The notes beneath the pieces were generated by a model. It searched no databases and was not told the DNA's origin. It saw nothing but the letters and a program-made list of their open reading frames with translations. A DNA stretch of 64,000 nucleotides from Antedon mediterranea. Taxonomy: Eukaryota; Animalia; Echinodermata. The DNA is taken from NCBI RefSeq assembly GCF_964355755.1, contig NC_092673.1:20829648-20893647 (forward strand). The letters are read 5' to 3'. The position numbers were made by a program, and so were the translations under genes. Below, one piece after another: positions 1 through 12,200 of this stretch. Positions within the stretch are counted from its first letter, which is position 1. Every line of letters starts with the position of its first letter.

Positions 1-255
1 AAATGAAAAGAAATAAATGTGTCAACACTATGGCCAATACTTAAAGAGGATACCCGTAGGTGTTACAATGATTCTTTTTTTTCATGAACACAATAAAGGC
101 GAGCATGAAATTTGGTTTCCTGATGCTTAAATACACAATGTTGTATATTTACAGCCAGACAAAGGTTAACATATTTACGGGAAAAAAACGTGTAAAACTG
201 CCAAAATTTATTTATTTTCTATTCAAATATATAAGACTATTTAAAATGTACTTAC

Positions 256-3200
256 ATGTCACACATATCTCCAATAATCCCTTTTGTTGTACAATAGCAA
301 GCACCGGAGTAAATGTCACAGACTTCAGCATTCTCATTGCATACACATGGTTCACATTGGCCACCATTCTCTGGATTGCCAAAGAACCCACTAGTGCACA
401 TTTCACAATGTTCACCTGCAACATTTTGAAAATGTTTTGTAATAAAAAATAAATACAAAGAATGTATATAAAGCTCTGTCTACACTATCAAACTAGTTTG
501 ACAAAAGAAAGTGCGAATTGCCTAAATATGGTAGTGATATGTTTAAATATGGTAGTAATATGACATCATTGTGTCGTGGGCACATCTCATTTTTGTCACA
601 TAAAGTTTGATAGTGTAGACTCAGCTTAAGGAATTAAGGGTAAAACTACCAAGTGTAAGAATTGGTATATTCACAGTAATACCAAAGATCCAATTATCAA
701 ATTATTCTTAAGATCATTATCTATTTTCAGTTTAAAAAAAAAAATTAGTTTCTATTCCCCCTGTAAACAACCCCTCTCCCCACCCCCCCCCCCCACCCCA
801 TTACTATCTAACTAACTAAATTTGATTTGGTGGATTGGACAACATGTTTATACTATACCTGTTGTATTATCTGTACAGTTAAGACATACACTCTTGTTTA
901 CACACTCACTGTGCCCATTACACTGACAAGCTACAAGAAAATAAAACATTTGTTTTAAATGCCAGAGACTTTTAATTTGAAGTAACTTTGCATCAGGTAT
1001 ATAATTGCGTCAGAGTCGGGCAAACAGCTGACCATTTATGACAAAGACTTGTTATCAAGTGATTCAATAAGTATTCATTATTCCAAAGAACAAATAATAA
1101 ATTTAGAGACTTTTAATTTGAAGTAACGTGCATCAGGGAGCTATTATATAATTGGGCAAACATTATTTCAAAGAACAAATAATAGATTTATAACAACTTA
1201 CCAGGACAACCAACAAAGTTCCATGAATTTGAAGTACACATTGAGGTGTTGAGAAGCATACTTGTACCAGAGAAATCAAGTGGTCCTGTAAAGCCTCCCT
1301 CCATGCACATACCGGTACCGGTACCAGAACCATCATCACACCAACCGCATGATGGACTCATCTGACAATCGGTACATGATTGGTATCCTGAACAAGTTGG
1401 AGCTGTAATAAGATTTTTCTATGGTGATTTTTTTTCTTTTTGGCAATAACACATTGACAACAAACCTTTTTACGATTTAAGCCTATAAAAGAACAATACT
1501 AGAGATGGAAGAGATGGGATGGAAGAGAATGGGATGGAAGTGATTGGGATGGCAGAGAATGGGATGGCAGAGAATGGGATGGAAGCGATTGTGATGGAAG
1601 AGATTGGATGGAAGAATTTGGATGGAAGAGATGGGATAGATGAGATAGGATGGAAGAATTGATAAAACAAAATACCATGTCTTAGCAAGTACTTACGTGG
1701 ACATGCTCCTTTGATGTTATGCCATTCCATACATAAACCGTATGGGAATGATGTAACATAGGTGTTGGATTCCACACATTGCATTTGATTATTACACCAC
1801 ATGCAATCTTCATCCTCAGAACAGCTCTCACAGGACTGGTAATCCTGACATGTTGCTGGGCACTGGGTTGGAGGTGCTGAAATAACACACAAAGTAGGTA
1901 TTACATTTCAATAACGCTTTCTTCTATTCATATACAATACATACAAATATTGAGTCCTGCATGCTTCACCGGAGTTCATTGTCTATACTGTACAACATAC
2001 AGAGATGGAGCAGCACATGCTATAGTGGAGAATAAAGCTAACTTACTGATAGAACCAAGTTTTTTATTGGTACATTGAGATCTACTCCACACACATCTAT
2101 TAAGTTGATCTTCACACGAGGAACATGATTTGTAAGAATTACAAGGTACATCTTCAGAACAATTTACCTTAGAATACAAAAATAAATACGGGCTGATGAC
2201 ATGGTACTTCTAGTTCCTTATGGCTAAAACTATACATTCTGAAGTTTCATGTTTATTTATTTCAACAATCCAGCCAAAGCTGATAATTAGGAACCCCACA
2301 AAAATAAAATACAATTTGACAAGACAATAACATACAGCAATTCAAAATTAAAATAAATATAATTTATGTTCATGATAATTAAACAACTAGTTATGTCATG
2401 TTAATTCATTCAGGGCCATTTGATATGCTTTCTCACTTGATTCCTTAAAACAAGACCGTCGTAAATAAAAGCTTTCCATTATTTTGGAGGAAATCAACCA
2501 GAAGGCAATTATACAATCATAACAACTTGGTATGTATATTTGTAATAAAATTTAATTTAAACTTACGTTAACTTTACAATTTTTATCACACTTTCCATCA
2601 CACCAACCGCAACCAAATCGCTGTAGGCATTCCGTACAAGATTTCAATGAGCTACATGTAACATCATCACGTTTACCGTTACATACAGGTAGGCTGTAGT
2701 TACCATGTGTGTTGGTAGCCTGACTCAATGGGATGCATAGCTGTTGATGTCTGTCATATGCACACTTTAGGCCTGGCTTCTCTTTAGTGCATTCTACTTC
2801 ATCTAATGTAGAACACTCACCTTGGATTTAACATAATTAATTTGGCCTTTTAGTTTTTAAAAAAATATTAGAAAGCTGGTACTTATTAATAACATGTTGC
2901 AACACAATGTATATTTACTGCATGGAAAGGAAGACAATCTTTAATAGAGTTCAACAGGACACCTTCTTGGGAAACAAACTAAATGCAGTACATGTTTTAA
3001 CATTACCACCAACCCCTATTCAGGGGACACCCCATATTAAGGGGACACTTCATTGTGAAACATACTAAAGGCAGTATATGTTTAACACTATGGCCAACTC
3101 CAATTCAGGGGACACCCCATATTTAAGGGGACACTTAAACATACTAAAGGCAGTATTGTTTAACACTATGGCCAACCCCTATTCTGGGGACACCCCATAT

Positions 3201-6200
3201 TTAAGGGGACACTTCATTGTGAAACATACTAAAGGCAGTATATGTTTAACACTATGGCCAACCCCAATTCAGGGGACACCCCATGTTAAGGGGACACTTT
3301 CCCGTAAAACAAGCTAGAGGCAGTATATATTTTACCACTATGGCAAACCCTTATTCAGCAGTAACCTCAATTAAGGGCGTGACATATGTCCAAAAGGTGT
3401 CCCCTTAATAGAAGTTCTACTGTACTGCAGTGGATAATAAATTTACCAAGCTCATATAGAAGAATATCATTAAACATCTGTCCATTAAAGCCTCCATGTA
3501 CAAGCATACTGCCATTGTACATGACTGCAGCATGTCCATAGCGTGCAATATCCTTGGGTAAAACACTAGTAGCTTCAATACTACTCCAAACTCCACATTC
3601 TGGAAAAAAAAATACCGGGTTTCCCCCAATTTGTATTAACGGATTCTCCCAAGACAAATGCAGAAACTAGACAACGCCAGGCTAGGCCTAATTAATAGCT
3701 ATAGCTAGGGTACGATGTTCGTACGCCAACACTGTTTACCAGCTAGGTCTACAAAACTAAGCCTAGCTAGGCTAGGACTAAAGACTGTCCACGAGAGGAC
3801 ATTCAACACGAGCTACTTAGGTAGTGCATTGTTTTTCTTTTTAATATATTTAACCATAAAATGTACATTTAAGACAAGAAATGCTTTGCTTTAATGTTTT
3901 AAAGTAATATATATGCATTATTTTTACAAATGTCAAATATTGTAGGGAAAGTGTTTTTAAAGAACTTTATAATAAACTTTATTTAATATATTTATTATAA
4001 ATAAAAGCATTACCTATATCATAGGCCATGAATTGAGAAGAGTAGCACTTAGCACCGTTACTTTTCCTTGTATCATTATGCATATTACCTCCAAATACAT
4101 ACATTATATCATCTATTAAGACGGCTGAATGTAAATACCGGGGTAACGTACTTTCTTTCAATGTCATCCTGTAATGATAATATGTAATATGAAGTATATT
4201 GAAATATCTTGAGGCTTTTAATATGATTGCTTCAAATAAGAAAATTTGTGTTATTGCCACCTGACTAGAATTACCGTATAACCATGCATAATCCTGTGGA
4301 CAGGGTAAAAAACGTTGGGGGTGGGTTTAAATACAGATTGCATTAATAATGGAACTTAAGGTATCATGTACAAATTTAGCTTAAATTAGGGGGTGAGATA
4401 ATTGAACTTTAAACTTTTAAATAAATTCATATTAAATATAACACATCAATTTTCTGTTTTTATTTTATTGAATTCCCTTGAAAATGGGATTTTTTATTTA
4501 TATGCAAGTCACCAAATCTAAATTTGCTTTTTTATTCCTAGATTTTTAATGTTTTATTTATTTATGATAGCTGAAGACATATTTTCAGATTTTAACTATT
4601 TCATTAATTTTTAATTAAGAATTTTAAAGTATTTTAATTATATTTGTATTGCCATTTTCCCTGAGTCACTTGACAGTGATTCATTTCGCTTTCTGGTTAA
4701 CCAGTCTTTAGGATTTTTAACTCTTTTGGTTTGTTTTGTATCTGTTCTTTTTTTGACGACACAAATTAAATGAAAATGAATAAATAATAATTTCTCAATG
4801 CTTGTATGTACTTACCATCCCCTAGCATCAACATCATAAGAATATAGCTCAGTTGAGATGTGTTGGTCAGTAGAACTTTTATATCCTCCGTGTAAGTACA
4901 CTTTCCGTCTTTTTGGATCATACACTGATGAATGACCGTATGAGCCATATATGAAAGCACCATCCGTTTTATGACGACTCCAAGTATTATTTGCTTTTTA
5001 AAAAAGAAAAAAAATTAAATAAAGTATAGTAAAACAATAATGCATATTATATTACTGTTATATGTTTATGGCTGGCATCTGTCACAAATGAAAATATCAA
5101 TAGTTGAATGAAACTAAGCCAGGACTGTTTTAATCACCTTTATTGGTCCTATCATTGATCAAGGGCATCTCTTGTCTAGTGCTAGACTTGCCCCAAGTCT
5201 GTATTATCTTTTTTTTTATTTATTTGTTTTTATTTCGACCGCGATTTTTGTCTGAAAATACAGACTTGTGAAACACGTATAGAAATCGATTTGCAGACCG
5301 CAAACATACGATAAGAATGACGTAGGTTATCATACCGTATTTGGCTATATGGGGCGGGCGGTATGTAAATATGGATTTCGAATCAACCAATGATCATTTT
5401 GTTTCAAAATGAAAGAGATCGAGTACGTAGGCCTACCAGTGCTTAATGTACGATCGAGACTGTTGAAATATAAAATAGTAATGCCAAGTTGTTTTGTTTA
5501 TTAATTGTTTAGTCCTTGGCCTAGGCCCTAGGCCTCTTTCGTAGGTCCTACTCAACTCGCACGTATGACCTGCCAAATAAAACGCCAATGAAGTAGGCCT
5601 ACATACCACCGGCACACAACAGGGCTACACCACCACACAGAACAGGACAGGGTCTGGGTGGGAATTAAATCAAAATTATCTCCGCGTAATAAATGATCCA
5701 TTCAATGTTTGATTTGCGGAGAAGCTAGCCTATCATATATCAAGACGAGTTTTCATGTTTCAAAGATCCCATCAAATGTTTACCAGACTACTAGGCATAT
5801 AAAATAATTTCTAGCCTTCAGAACTTTCATAAATCATTTATGAAAATGTACCCAAGTACACATTGTCTAAACGTAACATAGCGCATGCGCATCATCTTAT
5901 TTGTTGAGTCTTTGAAATTCTTAAATATGAATATTTAAACAGTGTACGAGAGAGTAGCCAATCGCATGCAGCTGAAACTAGTCAACCGGATAATCGTATG
6001 CACCAAGAATTCTTGGTGTCAAACCACGTGACTTGTGCGTGTTTCCCCAGACGGAGTATCCAAAATCAAGTAGTATACGTATGAAACGCCATATGTGCCA
6101 AAATATTTATCTTTTAACTAATATTAAGACAAAACTCCGTCTGGAACCCAGACTAGTCTAGTGCCTACATTGACAAGAGAGGAAAGGCATGGGCCAATAT

Positions 6201-9200
6201 GTCTATATATATATATATATAGATACTAGATGCAGGGGCTGCATAAGAGTCAGCAGTGCTGGTTTAAAATGCCTAATAGGATCCCATATACAGCACCTAG
6301 TATTCTCAGATGGTCTCCCATCCAAGCTCTAACCAGGCTCAACGTTGCTTAACTTCGATGTTTCAACGTGGTAAAGCCGTATTGAATTACTGTTTTATAT
6401 ATCTTAATCATTTTACATTTACTTAATTTGTTATAGAAACATTTTTTTTTGTAATGCCAAGGTTGATATTTAATGTGTATGGTCACATAAACTACAAATA
6501 ATAAAAAACTCACTAAAATCATATTCTTGAACTATGTTTGTATATCCGTATGATGGGTTAAAACCAAAAAATACAAGCATTTTGTCATCCACTACATGAG
6601 CTGTGTGTCCTTCTACAGCTAAAGCCTCAGGTGTGGTTAGGTTTGCCTCCCACCTGCCATTGAACGTGTCAAATGCCCATAGCTCATTCATTGTTTCACC
6701 ATTAACATCACCTCCAAACATGTATATAAAGCCCTAAAAATAGTAAAAATGAACAAAAATTAACTCAATTCATATTATAGTATTAAATTTAATCAATAAC
6801 TTGCTGTCTGACCAACAATGGCCTTCTGGATAAATATTTTTTTTTTACAGTTTTTTCTTTAAACATAAAACCCTAAAATAGTAAGAATGAACAAAAATTA
6901 ACGTAATTTAAATATTTATAGTTTTACATTCAACCAATAACTTGCTGTTTGACAATGGCCTTCTAGATGAATATTTTTCTCTTAACAGTTTTTCATGTAA
7001 AAAATGGTTATGTTGCCATCTGCTGTACATATGACAATACATTTTAATATCCTACTGTATTTTAACATATACAATTTACTTTTAATATTCCAAAAAAATG
7101 AACTGAATAATTCTAAATGAAACATCTTGTGTTTAAATCAAGCATAACTAAATAAAGCTCCGTCTTTTACCTTTTAAGCTGATAATAAGCTTCATAAATT
7201 ATTCAAAATCAATTAAATTAATTAAAACAGGAATGATTACTAATCAATAACAACACGCTTTAAGGTCATCTAGGTCAGGTCATTTAGCTTGTCTCTCATA
7301 GATTAATAAGGTGTTATAAATGCCAAAGGTTGTGTAATAATATAGCCACTCATTTTTACAATTTTTTGCTAGATCATCTGAGGTGTTTTTTAGACGTTTT
7401 AATCCTAAAAATACTCTAGTCTTATTTCAGGTTTATTTATTTTAATTTTATATATGTACACTACGTAGACTTTCCCCAAGTCTCTAGTTATTATGTCCAG
7501 TCGTCGGGCGTTTTTATTTTTGTATGCAAAGTTCAAGTATTGTACGTATGAAACGGCATACAGTGTATGTGCCAAAATATTATCTTTACCAATTTTTCAA
7601 GTTTACATCACTTTATTGTCAAAATGTAAAATAATAATAATTATATTGCTCAACTTAGTATTTGACAAAAGACTAAATAAAATTTGATTCGCAGTGTATT
7701 ATAAACTTGTATACAACACATGCTATTAATAAAACAGTCATCTACTGTGGCAGCTATAGCAACTAAAAGTAATAATTATATTTCAGTTCTGTCTCAATAG
7801 TAGAAAGGATAAATGACAAATGTACTACAATATGTCATTGTTGTTCTATTATTCCCATTAACAATAGAAGGTAAATAGCATGTGCCAAGCTACATGGCTT
7901 CTAAAATTTCCCTAAAATACCTACAAAAACAAATTTACTCAAGACTATCTAGTGTTTGTATTTCAAGTTTTCAAATCTATATTTAGATACTGTATTTTTC
8001 AAAGCTGTAGGAATAGAGTGACTTAAATACAACCACTGGGTCTCTCTACAAACTCATCTCTCTTCAGAAGATCCTGCATGTACTGTATCCTCTAATTTTA
8101 TACATTCTTTTGTATAATTATATAATATATTGTAGATGAAAATCCCACATTTTTTATTGTACAGTCAACTCTACCAATACCAGACACCCTTGGGTTGGCC
8201 TTAATAGTGTACTGTATGTCAGCTCTCTCAATACCAGACACCCTTGGGTTGGCCTTAATAGTGTACTGTATGTCAGCTCTCTCAATACCAGACACTCTTG
8301 GGTTGGCCTTAATAGTGTACTGTATGTCAGCTCTCTCAATACCAGACACCCTTGGGTTGGCCTTAATAGTGTACTGTATGTCCAGTTTTCTGGAAATTCT
8401 GGTATTCAGAATATGTTTTTAATGGTACAGTATTATTTATTTTATTTATTCTTTCTTTTGACTAGATTGCATTTTCAGTAATGCAGTACTGCTTTCCAAA
8501 ATGGTCCAGTTATAAGTTTTAAAGTAAATAAAAAGTATAAAATATTATATATAAATACATAGTAGGCCTAATTTAAAGACCCCTTCCCTGCAATTTTGGA
8601 CGTTTTTTGGAAAATAATACATATATATCACTTTAAAAACATTAAACCATGTCATTTCTTGTCTTAAATGTACGTTTTATGGTAAATTATGATAAAAAGT
8701 GAGAAACAATGCACTACCTAAGTAGCTCGCGGCCATCGACCTCTCGTGGACGGTCTTAGGCCTAGCCTAGCTAGGCTTAGTTTTGTAGGCCTAGCTGGTA
8801 AACATCGGTAAAGTACGAACATCATACGCTAGCTATATACCTAGCCTGACGTTGTATAGTTGCTGCATTAATTGTCTTTCTATTTTTGCCAGACTCCGTT
8901 AATACAAATTGGGGAAAACCCGGTATTTTCGCTGAAAAGTTAGGAGTCTTCCATTTGTTTTGGCCTCACGATCGATCGAAAAGTGGGCGAATTACAGGTG
9001 AAAAACAAAAATATCAATCCGCGCGAAATGCATTTTGGGATTTATAGCGGGCCGCTATAATTATTAGAATCGACTTTTTTTTTCACATTTTTAACCGTTT
9101 AAAGAGGAAAAAAGTTATCGCAATAGGACCATATAGTATTATTTTTACATTAAATATAGTTTGTGATCTTAAATTAGATATAAAAAACGTAGGGAAGGGG

Positions 9201-12200
9201 GCTTTAAAAGATAATGTATATACATATACACAGAACAGTTAAAAACAAATAAAAATAAAAAATGTAGGATCACTTTAATGAATTTGGGACCTAGTTTGAG
9301 TTGGTGTGGTGTGAGAGAGTGTTTTTTTGGTTTCCAGATTTGGTTGGTTTCCGGTATTGGCAGAGTTGACTGTATAATTTTTCACTTTGATAGCATAATT
9401 AAATGTATTGTATATGCACAAGCACTTTGTCCGTAACCCACAAATATGTTACATAAATGCATTGCATTATAAAATGTGTATTAGTATTAATACTGTGACA
9501 GATTTAAAATTGTAAGTATACCTGGTAGAGAACTGCAGAGTGTCCATAACGTTGGAGAGGTGTTGAAGAATCAATGGGTATAACAGATTCACTCGATGTA
9601 TCTAGATCATACCTAGAATAAGATCAATTACTTAGTGAGGCAGAACACTAAAGGCCAATTAACACAGATGAGCGGTAGCGGTAATACAAATATAGAACCT
9701 ATGTTATTCCTTATGACCATTTACCCCCAATGAGGAGTGGACGGGCGGTTTCTGCTCAGGATAGATACAGATTCTGCGGTTTTCTGATTAACGTTACCGT
9801 TCATCTGTGTAAATTTGCCTTAATACTGAAAATGCTTTCTGAAAACGCATTTTGAAAATCATACTTTCTAAGACATTTTTGAAGAGGAAAGAGGTGTTAG
9901 CTTTTTGGAAAATGTAAATTTATTTTTATAATTTTTTTTTTTGAAGTGGTAGAAGTGGGTTTTTTAGAGTTTATTAAACTTTCACCCGATATAAAAAACA
10001 CTCAACTAAACGATTAACTTTACACTTTAGCTGTTATTCAAACTCATTCATGCAAACCATATTCTAATCTCATAAATCACTTTATAATATTATCAGTTTT
10101 TATCACAAAAAGTTATATTAAGTCATTTGAAACAGGCTATTGTTGGATGATCCAAGTAAAGCTAGTCACAAGAATATCTAAACAAATTCAACAATAAATA
10201 TCACTATACCAACTCTTCCTGGACTGGCCTAATATGTCTGGTTTTTAAGAAATTCTGGTGTTCTGAATGTATTTTAATGGGAAAAAACAATTGGTACATT
10301 TTAAAAGTCTGGTTTTTGGTCAAGTATATATTATTTATTTATATTGGGCGACATCTTCAGTCGCAGACTGGTCTCCCAGAGGGCCCAGTTACGATCATGA
10401 TCAGTGGCTGTTCTTTAAAGTGCACATAAGCTAGATGTGTACTCTGGACCTACGGTTTACAGTGCTTATACGAGAAGGATCGTTCCATCACCAGAACCAT
10501 GGAGCGACTGAGCCTATATTGTATTGTATTAATGTAATTGTAAATGTATCATTAATACTTACTGTACTACTGTTGTATATTGTTCATTATCAAACATGAA
10601 TCCACTTATGCTCCATAGATACCCATTGTCAATGACAACAGCATGTGATGATCTACCAGGAAGTGATGAATCTTTGATGGTCCACATACCTTCTGATAAC
10701 TCTGTGTTACAATCAATACCTGGCACATACATTTTAAAATATTATTTTAAAGCACACTTACAATATTTTATAGCCTAAAATTATTAATGAATTCCTTAAT
10801 AAACAAGAACATTTGATTTTATTTATTTGGTTCAAAACATTATTAAACAAAGGCAAATTTGTAGCTATACATTCAACAGGATACCTCTAAAATGCCTTCA
10901 TAAAGAAATTATTTTGGTATGTTGGGTTTCTCCTACTTGGGAGAAGGGGTATTCAATATGTTGTATGCATTCGATTTGTATCACTCCACTCAGAGAGAAA
11001 TAGGCCAATGTTAGTTTATCCTGGTAACCTAGCCACAAAATAGACTGAAATATCATATCAGCAAGAATGTGTGAAATATTAATTTAACAAATGTGTACCT
11101 TTATATCCAGGAGAACATTCGCAACTGGTGTTACAAATGCCATTACTACTGCAATTTAATGGACATAGTTCAAGACTACAGCTGTCACTATACCAACCAG
11201 AGTGGCAATTACATTTTAAGTCCGCACTACAGTCACCGTGATCAGAACAATCAGACAGACAGGTGTTAACACTGAAAGTGAAGAATAGTGAATGTTTTTA
11301 TTAAGCCAATTCAAAACCACAACTCTCTCAACATCAGACTCGCCGCATTCATTGAATAAAATTTCCCCAAAGCTAGGCTCTCACATCAAAAAGTCTCTCA
11401 AGATCAGATTGACTGATGCAGGAATTCAAATCAAATCATTAAGGATGTATTGTCCCCGAAAATCATGGAAGAGTAAAGATTTATAAAATCAGACTTTAAA
11501 TAGGCCATTTTAATAAAGTTATTCACCTCCATAAAAAAACGAAAAATAAATAACGATTACCCTTCATAAAAACATATTAACTAAACAGTTAAACTTCAAA
11601 AACCTATTGACTTCCAGTCTAGTATTTTTTTGCGTTAAATTACAGTTTTTTCAGTTAAATAATTTTGTTTTCGATCAAATTTTTGGTCAAAGTGAATAAC
11701 TTTTATGTGACTTTAAAATGGCAAATTCAAAAAAAAAATTAACAAAAATATTTTTTTAGGACAATATATCTTTAACACCAATTTAATATTTTAAGTTATT
11801 TTATAATTAACATTTATTACAAGAAGGAAGTTCATATAAAATATTTAATATATTTCTAGAAAGTTTTACATAGTAGGATGTTTGTACTTCAACTGAATGT
11901 GGGTGTACTTTGCATTCTCATCCATATTAAAAACAGCATACTTTCATAATAACAAAATGAAGAAGTAATGTTTACATTATGCATCTACCTCTCAATTATA
12001 CTTTCTATTTAAAATTCTTCGAATTTATATAATTTCATATTATAACTCAAGTACTCTCACTTGTACTGATGAAAGGCTAGTATTGACCGAAAGATTTTCT
12101 TTCAATAAGGAAAGTTTCTTGTCATCCTATAATGCAATATTATAAAAACTGAGGCTCTGTCTACACTATCAAACATTATGTGACAAAAAAATGTGATATG

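Noticed and set aside
84-452. 122-aa plus-strand ORF
   Set aside because: Antisense shadow of attractin exon 17 plus AT-rich intron.
3078-3317. 79-aa ORF with repeats
   Set aside because: Translation of MITE internal repeats.
8098-8422. Three ORFs with 18-aa repeats
   Set aside because: Translations of a 54-bp intronic tandem repeat.
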